Source: Acidobacteriota bacterium (GTDB taxonomy: Bacteria > Acidobacteriota > UBA890 > WLXD01). From it: 64,000 bases of DNA. A model generated the notes under the pieces. It ran no database searches and was not told the origin of the DNA. It saw only the letters and a program-made list of their open reading frames with translations. A program made the translations under genes and the position numbers. Shown one piece after another: positions 18,892 to 27,243 of the stretch. Position 1 is the first letter of the stretch; the number at the start of each line of letters is the position of its first letter. The DNA is taken from the NCBI GenBank assembly GCA_029263295.1, contig JAJCXT010000008.1:3825-67824 (forward strand), in the 5' to 3' direction.

Positions 18892-19009
18892 CAGATCACA
18901 TGAGACCGGCGTAGCGACACCGACCATCCGCTGCCCGCTGGAAACGCAGCAGGGCGTCCCGTGGTACCTATGTGCGCTCTCTGAGGTGGGGACCTCTTCG
19001 ACGGGGCGA

Positions 19010-20962
19010 ATGGTGGGCAAGCTCGATTTCGAAGCATCGCTGAGCGAGGCGCAATTCCGTGCGGTGACGCACGCGAAGGGGCCGCTGCGTGTCGTGGGTG
19101 GCCCCGGCGGCGGCAAGACTCGCGTGCTCACCTATCGCATCGCGTGGCTGATTCGTGAGGTCGGTGTAGCCCCGGAACACATCCTGGCGCTGACCTTCAC
19201 GAAGAAAGCGGCCGGCGAGATGAAAGAGCGACTGACCGGCCTGTTGGGCGAGGAGATCGCCATCGGCGCGGCGACGATCCACTCGTGGGCTTACCGTTTC
19301 CTGTGCATTCACCGCGGCAAGAACGCCGAGGGCATCCTCGGGACCTGGAACCCGAACGCCAAGAACGCCATCCTTGCCGACGCGCGGCAGTATTTTGCCT
19401 GGCAGAAGTCGGTGCAGGCGGCCAAGGTCGACATCGCTCCGGCGTTCGCGCTGCACACGGTGTCGCGCGCCAAGAACAACGGGGTATCGCGGGAAGCCCT
19501 CCGGGCCACGGCCGAAGAAGGCAGCGATCACAAGGTGGTGCGGGCCTGCGACGCGTGGCTCGAGTACGAGCGCTGGCAGGAGCGCATGCGGGTCATCGAC
19601 TTCGATGACCTCCTGATCCTGGCCAACGAATTGCTCGTCCATAAGGACACCATCAAGAGTGTCCGCGACCAGCATCGCGTGATTCTCCTGGATGAGAGCC
19701 AGGACACCAACCTGGTGCAATGGGGTGTTGTGCGCAAGCTGGCGCCACCGCCAAAGTCGGAACTCACGGTGGTCGGCGACTACGACCAGAGTATCTACGG
19801 CTGGCGTGGCGCGGCCGCCGCCAGCTTCCTGGAGTTCGTCCAAGACTACAAAGCCAAGACCGTGACGCTCGAGACCAATTATCGTTCGACGCGCAACATC
19901 GTAGCCGCCGCGAATACGCTCATCACCCGCAACGGCAGCCGCGAAGACAAGGTGCTCGAGGCGGCCGGCAAGAAGGGCACGGAGTTGATCGTGCGCATCG
20001 AATCAGATGCTGGCGTCGAGGCCTCGCGCGGCGTCGAGCAGGTACGCCGCTGGCTGGCCGACCACGAGCCCGGTGAGATCGCGGTCCTCGTGCGCGCCTG
20101 GTGGCTGACACGTGGGTTCGAGGAGCGTCTGCTCAAGGACCGCATTCCCTACCAGGTCGTCGGCGGCCCTGCCTTCTTCGGCCGCCGCGAGATCGCCGAT
20201 ATTCTGGCCTACGTCACGCTGTCGGTAGACGCCACCAAAGACGCCTCCCTGAAGCGTGTCCTCAACGTGCCCAACCGATTCCTCGGCGCCGCCGCCTGGC
20301 GCGCTATCGAACGACACGCCCTGAAGCGCGAGATGCCCGGACTGGCCGCGATCTCCGACCCGGGGCTGCGCTGGCCCAAGCAGTACATGCGCGATAAGGC
20401 CATGGATCTTTACGTTCTCGTACAGAGGCTGCGGCGGTTCGAGGGCACCACGGTGGAGTTGATCGAGCACATACTCGAACGCACTCGCTACCTCACCTGG
20501 CTGAAAGAAGAATGCGAGCCTGCGGAGTTCCGCAACCGCAAGGAGAACATCGACGAGATGTTTGAAGCTGCAGAGGAGCACCCTGATCCGGCCGACTTCG
20601 TCTTCTACGCCGAGCAGCTGGCTCCCAAGAAGGACGATTCCGAGGAAGGCGTGGTGCTGACCAGCATCCACGGTGCCAAGGGATTGGAGTTTCCCTGCGT
20701 CATCGTGGCTGGCTGCGCGGAGGGCATCCTCCCGCACGAGCGCTGCGAGGACGTCGAGGAGGAGCGCCGCCTCGCCTACGTGGCCATTACGCGGGCCGAG
20801 AAAGAGCTGATGCTCACCAGCGCCACGCTCTACCGCAACCGCGGCTATACGCCGAGCCGATTTCTGGAAGAGGCCGGGCTGGAAGTGCCCGAATACGAGA
20901 TCGCCACCGCAGAGTCAGGGGGCGAAAGCGCGACCGCCCCGACCGCGGTCGTGACGACCTAG
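19010..20962 (+). CDS. UvrD/PcrA/Rep family SF1 DNA helicase
   Basis: Q motif LSEAQ; Walker A GPGGGKT; LTFTKKAA; DESQDTN; VGDYDQSIYGWRGA; LETNYRS; HGAKGLEF; EEERRLAYVAITRA. Confidence 0.92.
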   Translation: MVGKLDFEASLSEAQFRAVTHAKGPLRVVGGPGGGKTRVLTYRIAWLIREVGVAPEHILALTFTKKAAGEMKERLTGLLGEEIAIGAATIHSWAYRFLCIHRGKNAEGILGTWNPNAKNAILADARQYFAWQKSVQAAKVDIAPAFALHTVSRAKNNGVSREALRATAEEGSDHKVVRACDAWLEYERWQERMRVIDFDDLLILANELLVHKDTIKSVRDQHRVILLDESQDTNLVQWGVVRKLAPPPKSELTVVGDYDQSIYGWRGAAAASFLEFVQDYKAKTVTLETNYRSTRNIVAAANTLITRNGSREDKVLEAAGKKGTELIVRIESDAGVEASRGVEQVRRWLADHEPGEIAVLVRAWWLTRGFEERLLKDRIPYQVVGGPAFFGRREIADILAYVTLSVDATKDASLKRVLNVPNRFLGAAAWRAIERHALKREMPGLAAISDPGLRWPKQYMRDKAMDLYVLVQRLRRFEGTTVELIEHILERTRYLTWLKEECEPAEFRNRKENIDEMFEAAEEHPDPADFVFYAEQLAPKKDDSEEGVVLTSIHGAKGLEFPCVIVAGCAEGILPHERCEDVEEERRLAYVAITRAEKELMLTSATLYRNRGYTPSRFLEEAGLEVPEYEIATAESGGESATAPTAVVTT

Positions 20963-20967
20963 CCGGG

Positions 20968-21113
20968 GCAGTTGCTCTCTGAGCCTGCTACGCGTTAACC
21001 GGCTTGGAAACCCCTGAGCCAAAGGCGACCGCCCCATGCTCCGGGTCGGTTGGCCCAGGGGCCTCCGCCGGAAAAACTTGCGTAGCAAGTCCTCTTTGAT
21101 TGGAACAAACTGC
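20968..21113 (-). ncRNA. Candidate structured ncRNA (long rod), family unknown
   Basis: Nested stems 20968-20977/21103-21113, 20984-20993/21080-21089, 20999-21003/21067-21071 and 21006-21022/21050-21066. All five mismatches are A.C on the plus strand, i.e. G-U on the minus strand. Confidence 0.45.
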
Positions 21114-21269
21114 GAGGCGTTTCGCCGTCGAAACGGGGCAAAGATCTGTAAAGAGTTGTCAATGTGACGATGCGCGAATCGGCTTCGGATCGCGCCGCCG
21201 CCCGGGCTACCCTGCAAAGAGAGCCTGACGCGCCTGAAGTGCGCTCGCCGAGCGCTGACCTGTACGGGT

Positions 21270-23114
21270 ATGCGAAACAACCGAGCACCTCGATCGATCA
21301 ACCGCGCCGTCACCGTGGCCGCAGCTGTGGCGTGCGTACTGGCCACCGGCCAACCCGGCCGCGGAGCGACGGACGACGGGCTGTTGAAGCTCGACATCGA
21401 TGCGAACGCCAGTCTTCGACTCGACGATCTCGAAAAGGGTGAACTGAGGATCACCTGGCGCAAGGACGGACCTGTTCTCAGCGTGGGCGAACTGCGAACC
21501 CCCGCCGACTCCGACCGCGAGTACGAGAAAGGATCAGCGGCGCCGCCTATCGACGGCTGCTTCCTTCTTGCCCCATTCGAGCACACGATGAGCAACCGTC
21601 TCGGCGGCGGCAGTCGGGTGGCGGGCCGGGCCAGGAAGGAACTCGTCAACGCCGACACGGACACCACAAGCCACGCGCTGCGATTCGAGTTCGAGGATGG
21701 CCCGGCGACGCAACGCGTCGAGCTCGCCCTCTACGATGACGAGCCTGTCGGCGACACCGTCTACTACCTCGATGGTCGCCAGTTCGACGCTTTCGAACTG
21801 CGTGTACGCGGCACCGGTACTGGCCGCGTCACCGCAACGTTCGCCGACGCGCACGGACGGCGGAGCAGCGTTACTGACCTGTCTTTGTCCGACGAGTCGC
21901 TGGAAGACGAATGGCGCCGTGTGCGTATAACCGCCGAAATGGAAGGAGTCCATCGCCACCATCTCGCGCAACTGGAACTGCGCGGCCATGGATCCGGCGC
22001 TCTGGAGGTCGACGACATCTATCTGTGCGACTCCAACTCGACGCCCGAGCGTTCGCGACCGGGCCGCCGGGACACGACCAATTCGCTGTGGGTATGGCAT
22101 ACCTCCGACCTGTTGGCAGGCGGTGACGAGGCCGTCGACGAACTCGCCAACCTTGCCGAGCAGGCCGACATCAGCAGGATCTACCTACAGGTACCCGGCA
22201 GCTTCGACGAAGCCGACACGCGGCTGGCGCTGCAGAGAGCAGCCACTCGACTCAACGCCTCCGGCATCGACTTGCTCGCCCTCGATGGCGCGCCCGAGTA
22301 CGCGCTGCCGAGTGAGCACGATGATCTCCTCAACACCATGGCCGAGGTCCTCGACTACAACGGCAGCGTCCCGCCAGGGGCTCGCTTTGTCGGCGTGCAT
22401 CTTGACGTTGAGCCCTACCTGCTCGAGGACTGGGGCAAAGCGCGTGCAGACGTCGTGGACGGCTATCTCGGCATGCTCGATGCCGTTCGCTCGCGTACGG
22501 CCGCAGCGGGCCTGGAACTCGACGTCGCCGTGCCCTTCTGGTTCGACTCCGTCCCGGTCCATAGCCAGCGCGGAGACCGTGTCGAACGGCTGTCGCTCAC
22601 CGACGAGGTCCTCACGCGGGTCGATTCGATCGCCGTGATGGACTACCGCACAGAAACCTCGGGCAGCAACGGCCTCCTCGCCCTTGGCGCTGGTGAACTC
22701 GCCGCGGCGGCCGAGCAGGACCGCGACGTCTGGATCGGACTCGAGACCACGTGGTTACCTGATCAGACGTTCGTTCGCTTCCGCGGAGAGCCACGTGCGG
22801 GGCTCCCCGACTCTGTCGGACCAGAATGGTGGGTTGTCGAGACGCCTGGGACCCTATGGGCAGTGCGCGGTGACGCGATCCGCAGGCTCGAGGATCGCAT
22901 GCAGACCATCGACGCGAGCGATGCCAGACACTGGTCCGCTCACGCCGTCGAGGTACCTGCCAGCCGTCAGACCTTCTACGATCTCGGCTTCGACGCACTG
23001 CTCAACGCGATGCGGGAAACGGCAGCTCAGCTCGACGGACACCCCGCCTTCGCCGGCCTCGCGCTCCACTACGACCGGCCGCTGCGACGACTCCTCGACG
23101 CCGCTGGCGAGTGA
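21270..23114 (+). CDS. Secreted putative glycoside-hydrolase-like TIM-barrel protein with an N-terminal CBM11/CIA30-like domain
   Basis: Signal peptide; jelly-roll region (FELRVRG..EWRRVRI..LEVDDIYL); then SLWVW, ALDGAP, GVHLDVEPY, AVPFWFD, VMDYR and IGLET motifs. Confidence 0.6.
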   Translation: MRNNRAPRSINRAVTVAAAVACVLATGQPGRGATDDGLLKLDIDANASLRLDDLEKGELRITWRKDGPVLSVGELRTPADSDREYEKGSAAPPIDGCFLLAPFEHTMSNRLGGGSRVAGRARKELVNADTDTTSHALRFEFEDGPATQRVELALYDDEPVGDTVYYLDGRQFDAFELRVRGTGTGRVTATFADAHGRRSSVTDLSLSDESLEDEWRRVRITAEMEGVHRHHLAQLELRGHGSGALEVDDIYLCDSNSTPERSRPGRRDTTNSLWVWHTSDLLAGGDEAVDELANLAEQADISRIYLQVPGSFDEADTRLALQRAATRLNASGIDLLALDGAPEYALPSEHDDLLNTMAEVLDYNGSVPPGARFVGVHLDVEPYLLEDWGKARADVVDGYLGMLDAVRSRTAAAGLELDVAVPFWFDSVPVHSQRGDRVERLSLTDEVLTRVDSIAVMDYRTETSGSNGLLALGAGELAAAAEQDRDVWIGLETTWLPDQTFVRFRGEPRAGLPDSVGPEWWVVETPGTLWAVRGDAIRRLEDRMQTIDASDARHWSAHAVEVPASRQTFYDLGFDALLNAMRETAAQLDGHPAFAGLALHYDRPLRRLLDAAGE

Positions 23115-23161
23115 CCTGGGCACGCCGCTCGATCCATCTTCCGGGCCGTCGTCCTTGCACC

Positions 23162-23176
23162 CATAAGATTCTTATG
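23162..23176. promoter_or_regulatory. Putative PadR operator CATAAGA-T-TCTTATG
   Basis: Perfect 15-bp palindrome about 80 bp upstream of padR, right after a TTGCAC -35-like hexamer. Confidence 0.6.
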
Positions 23177-23256
23177 CATAACTCTTCACAGGTACAACGT
23201 ATCGATCGTCCGCGGGGACCCCGATCCGCGGCGGCCCCGGCGATTGTGGAGATTCA

Positions 23257-23580
23257 ATGGACCTGCTCAAAGGCACGCTCGACGTCCTGATTATGAAGAC
23301 CGTCGCCGACCGGCCGGCGCACGGCTACGCCATCGCACGGGCCATCCTCGAGCAGTCGGGCGAAGCGCTGATCGTCGAGGAAGGAGCGCTGTATCCCGCT
23401 CTCCGCAGGCTCGACAAGCGCGGTCTCTTGACCGCGAAGTGGAGCAAGACCGACACCGGGCGAGACGCCAAGTTCTATCGCCTCACCACCGCGGGCCAGC
23501 GCCAACTGAGCAAGGCGGTCGGCGATTGGGATCGCTATGTAGAGGCCATGGGCCTCGTCCTGAAGGGACCACAATCGTGA
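23257..23580 (+). CDS. PadR family transcriptional regulator (acidobacterial type)
   Basis: MDLLKGTLDVLI..HGYAIA..VEEGALYPALRRL..AKFYRLT; GGAG RBS. Confidence 0.92.
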   Translation: MDLLKGTLDVLIMKTVADRPAHGYAIARAILEQSGEALIVEEGALYPALRRLDKRGLLTAKWSKTDTGRDAKFYRLTTAGQRQLSKAVGDWDRYVEAMGLVLKGPQS

Positions 23581-26225
23581 GTGATCTCACGGGCCGCCGC
23601 CCCGCTCCGGTGTCTACCGACGAGGATGTCGAACGCGAGCTTCGCGCCCACGTAGCCCTGCACGCCGAGCGCCTCATGCGCGAGGGCATCGACCCCCTCG
23701 AGGCCCGCGAGCGGGCCAAGCAAGCGTTTGGCAACTACCCCGCCATCTCCAGACAGTGCCGCAACATCGCCGCATCCCCCACCCCGCGCGAGGCCTTCGC
23801 CAGCATGCTCGAATCCATCCTGGCAGACACCCGTTTTGCCTGGCGCACGCTGCGCAAGAGCCCAGCGTTCCTGGTCACCTCGGTACTCACGCTGGCGCTC
23901 GGCATCGGCGCCAATACGGCAATCTTCGGCATCATCAACGGCATCCTGTTGCGGCCGCTGCCCTACAACGAGCCCGATCGAATCGTGGCGCTATGGGAGC
24001 GTACTGCCGACGGACGGGACAACAGCATCGCCGCCGCCAACTTCTGGGACTGGCAGGCTCAGACGAGTCTCTTCGAATCGATGGCACTGGTTCCGGACCA
24101 TCGTTTCAGCGGTCGCACCACGGTGCTCGGCGGGAGTGCGCCCGCGCGGGTATACGCGGGCGCGGTGACCATCGACTTCTTCCGTACTATCGGGGTCGAG
24201 CCCTTCCTCGGGCGCACGTTTGGCGTGGAAGAAGCCATGGAGGGTGTCGCGCCGACTCTCGTCGTCGCCTACTCGGTCTGGCGCGACCTGCTCGGCGAAG
24301 TGAACGATCTCACCGGCGTGACCCTGAGCATGCTCGGCACGGAGGCGGCCGTCATCGGCGTCATGCCGGCGGGCTTCAACTACCCCGGCCAGACGCAGAT
24401 CTGGTTCCCGTTCGAGCTGTACCCGAGCAACGAGCACCGCACCGCACACGGCAAGTCGGCGATCGCCCGGTTGCGCCCGGACACGACTCTCGAAGCGGCC
24501 GCGGCAGAGATCGACGCCGTAGGGGTGGCGTTGTACGAGCAGTTCGGTGAAGACACCGACGCGGTGGGCGTGAATGTCTACCCGCTCAAGGAGGAACTGG
24601 TCGGTGATGCGAGCCGGCCGCTGGCGATTCTGCTGGGCGCCGCGGGACTGGTCCTGCTCGTCGCCTGCACGAACCTGGCGAGCGGGCTCCTGGCGCGAGG
24701 CACCCGTCGCAGTTCGGAAATCGCGCTGCGGGCGGCACTTGGCGCCGGGCGGGCGCGACTGGTCCGTCAGATGTTCACCGAATCGATCCTTCTCACCACA
24801 CTCGGTGCAGTGGCCGGACTGGTCACTGCGCAGTTCGTTACCGCGGCCCTGCTGCGGGCGGCTCCGGGCGAGGTGTGGCGCTACGCGACAGCCGACCTCG
24901 ACATCGCTGTTCTGGCCTTCACCGTTCTGGTGGCATTTGCCACCTCGCTGTTGTTCGGTCTGCTCCCCGCGCTCCGCCTCACTCGCAAGAGCGATAGCGA
25001 AGCCATGCGCGCCGGCACGCGTTCGGTGGCAGGAGGGCAAGGCGGCCGCGTTTGGTCCGCGCTCGTGGTGGCGGAGGTCGCCCTCGTGGTAGTCCTCCTG
25101 ATCGGCTGCGGCCTGCTCATCCGTAGCTTCCAGGCGGTGCTGGATGTCGATTCGGGGTTCCAGCCGGCCGGAGTCCTCACCGTTGACCTCGAAATGCCCG
25201 CGGAGAACTACTCCAAGCACGAAGAGGTGGCGCAGTTCCTCGACGCTGCAATGACAGATCTGCGCACCCTCCCTGGGGTGACCGACGTCGGCATGATCAA
25301 CCATCTACCGCTCGGCGGGTTCGGCCTCAATGGCGCCTTCGAAGTCGAAGGGCGCGAGCCTCAGGCGGGGTATGGTGACTATCGTGTGGCGAGTGCCGAG
25401 TACTTCTCTGCCATGGGCATTCCCCTGCTGGACGGCCGCTTCTTCGTCGACGATGATGCCGACGGAGCGGAACCGGTGGTCATCGTCAACCAGACCCTGG
25501 CGCGCGAGTTGTTCGGACAGGAACCCGCAGTGGGCAAACGGATCGGCAGTCTGGCCAACGACAACTGGGTCTACGGTGACGACTGGATGCGAATCGTAGG
25601 AGTAATAGGCGACGTGCGGCACCGCTCGCTAACGCGGACCTCCTCGCGTGAGGTCTACGTGCACTACCTCCAGCGCCCGATGCGCGCGAGGACCTCGGCA
25701 ATCACGATTCGAACGGACGGCGACCCCGCCGGCCTCATCAATGTCGTCCGCGACCGACTCACGGCACTCGATCCGCAGATTCCGGCGGAGTTGACGCCCA
25801 TGCGCGAACTGGTTTCGGCGTCGCTCCACGACCGCCGTTTCACGGTGACGGTCCTGGGCGTGTTCAGCCTGGTAGGCCTGCTACTGGCTTCGGTCGGGAT
25901 CTACGGAGTCGTCTCGTACGCCGTCGCCCGCCGGCAGCGTGATATCGGCATCAGGCTCGCGCTGGGGGCTGCGCCTCTGCGGGTACGCCAAGAGGTCATC
26001 CGCGACGCTCTCACGCCGGTGCTCATCGGCCTGGGCGTGGGCGTCCTTGGCGCTCTGGCGCTGAGCAGGACTCTCTCCAGCCTGCTCTTCGAGGTCGCGC
26101 CGACTGACCCCGCCACATTCGTCTCCGTCGCCGCGCTGCTCCTGGCTACCGCGGTCATCGCGTGCTGGCTACCGGCGCGCCGCTCGTCGAAGATCGACCC
26201 GATCGTGACCATGCGCGCCGACTGA
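23577..26225 (+). CDS. ADOP-type duplicated ABC transporter permease
   Basis: GTG overlaps the padR stop (GTGA); DVERELRAH prefix; LALGIGANTAIF; LLVACTNLA; two EIALR/DIGIRLALGA motifs. Confidence 0.92.
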   Translation: MSDLTGRRPAPVSTDEDVERELRAHVALHAERLMREGIDPLEARERAKQAFGNYPAISRQCRNIAASPTPREAFASMLESILADTRFAWRTLRKSPAFLVTSVLTLALGIGANTAIFGIINGILLRPLPYNEPDRIVALWERTADGRDNSIAAANFWDWQAQTSLFESMALVPDHRFSGRTTVLGGSAPARVYAGAVTIDFFRTIGVEPFLGRTFGVEEAMEGVAPTLVVAYSVWRDLLGEVNDLTGVTLSMLGTEAAVIGVMPAGFNYPGQTQIWFPFELYPSNEHRTAHGKSAIARLRPDTTLEAAAAEIDAVGVALYEQFGEDTDAVGVNVYPLKEELVGDASRPLAILLGAAGLVLLVACTNLASGLLARGTRRSSEIALRAALGAGRARLVRQMFTESILLTTLGAVAGLVTAQFVTAALLRAAPGEVWRYATADLDIAVLAFTVLVAFATSLLFGLLPALRLTRKSDSEAMRAGTRSVAGGQGGRVWSALVVAEVALVVVLLIGCGLLIRSFQAVLDVDSGFQPAGVLTVDLEMPAENYSKHEEVAQFLDAAMTDLRTLPGVTDVGMINHLPLGGFGLNGAFEVEGREPQAGYGDYRVASAEYFSAMGIPLLDGRFFVDDDADGAEPVVIVNQTLARELFGQEPAVGKRIGSLANDNWVYGDDWMRIVGVIGDVRHRSLTRTSSREVYVHYLQRPMRARTSAITIRTDGDPAGLINVVRDRLTALDPQIPAELTPMRELVSASLHDRRFTVTVLGVFSLVGLLLASVGIYGVVSYAVARRQRDIGIRLALGAAPLRVRQEVIRDALTPVLIGLGVGVLGALALSRTLSSLLFEVAPTDPATFVSVAALLLATAVIACWLPARRSSKIDPIVTMRAD

Positions 26226-26486
26226 TACGAAGCAGCAATAGTCAGGCAGCTAGCACCGCGATCGATCGCGAGTGCCGCCCCGGCTAGCGGGAGACCCTGC
26301 GCGGCGTACGCTGAAGACGAGACGGCCGAAGCCACCGGGACCGGCTGATAGTCTCGGGAGCGCGCTGGTGCCGAGTGCAGCTGCGCGGAACAGTGCGCCT
26401 CAGCGGGTCCTGCTAGCCCTGTCGCTCGACTTGGCAGCGCCTCACGGAAGAAGTGCAGCTCCACTTGCCGAGAAGGCACCAGAAGA

Positions 26487-27137
26487 TTGAAAGAGCCAGA
26501 GCCTCTCAAGCCGCCGCAGCAGGAGCGAAGTCGCGAAACGCTCCTGCGCATCGTATCCGCCGCGAGGAGCCTCCTGGCAGAGCGCGACTTCGCGAATATC
26601 TCCGTCGACGACATCGTCCGACGAGCTGCCTCCTCCAAGGGGTCCTTCTATCAGCGCTTCTCGAACAAGGACAGTCTGCTCGTCCTCATCCTCAGGCAGG
26701 AACACGACGCCGCGATCAGAGAATGGTCGGAGTTCCTCGCGCCCGAGCGCTGGCGTCACCGTTCGCTCGAGGCAGTCGTCGAGGCGTTTCTGGATCGATT
26801 GCTGCGCATCTATCGGCGCCGCCCCACGCTCATGCGAGCGTACGCCGCCCAGGCGGCCGTCGTCGAGGGGGAGATCCGGGGCCAGACCGCTCAGCTCAAC
26901 CGTCACGTCCTCGAACTGCTTCGGCAGATCGTTCGCCAGCACGCCGGGGAACTGAAGCACCCCGACCCGGAGAGAGCGACGGCGTTCCTGATCACAGCGC
27001 TCATCACGCTCCTCCCGCCTCTCTTTCTCTCGCCGACGCAGGAGCTCCTGCCGGAGCCGATGAGCCACGCTGAGTTGGAAAACGAACTCCGCCTCCTCGC
27101 TCGGCGCTACCTGGGTCTGAGGGACGCCAAGCCCTGA
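26487..27137 (+). CDS. TetR/AcrR family transcriptional regulator
   Basis: PQQERSRET and HTH ISVDDIVRRAASSKGSFYQRFSNKD. Confidence 0.9.
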   Translation: MKEPEPLKPPQQERSRETLLRIVSAARSLLAERDFANISVDDIVRRAASSKGSFYQRFSNKDSLLVLILRQEHDAAIREWSEFLAPERWRHRSLEAVVEAFLDRLLRIYRRRPTLMRAYAAQAAVVEGEIRGQTAQLNRHVLELLRQIVRQHAGELKHPDPERATAFLITALITLLPPLFLSPTQELLPEPMSHAELENELRLLARRYLGLRDAKP

Positions 27138-27166
27138 GGCCAGGCGACCCGCTCCTGGTAGAGACC

Positions 27167-27220
27167 TTGCATCGTGATACCGTGCAGCCTTAAACTAGAC
27201 TGAATTGCCTATCTCAGTCT
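27167..27220 (+). promoter_or_regulatory. Sigma70-like promoter followed by a palindromic (TetR-type) operator
   Basis: TTGCAT (27167)-N18-TAAACT (27191), immediately followed by AGACTGA-N10-TCAGTCT (27197-27220), between tetR and the hydrolase gene. Confidence 0.6.
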
Positions 27221-27243
27221 GATTACGAAAAGGAAGTGCCAAA

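Noticed and set aside
18436-20962. Prophage remnant (dUTPase plus helicase)
   Set aside because: No integrase, structural genes, att sites or obvious composition shift.
20968-21113. Naming the rod RNA as SRP or 6S RNA
   Set aside because: No CAGG-GNRA-AGCA helix-8 motif and no large central bubble; left unassigned.
26282-26372. Glycine riboswitch-like words (GGGAGA, CTGAAG, TCTCGGG)
   Set aside because: P2/P3 pairing and the GCAA and CUCAGG consensus do not fit, and the downstream gene is unrelated to glycine metabolism.
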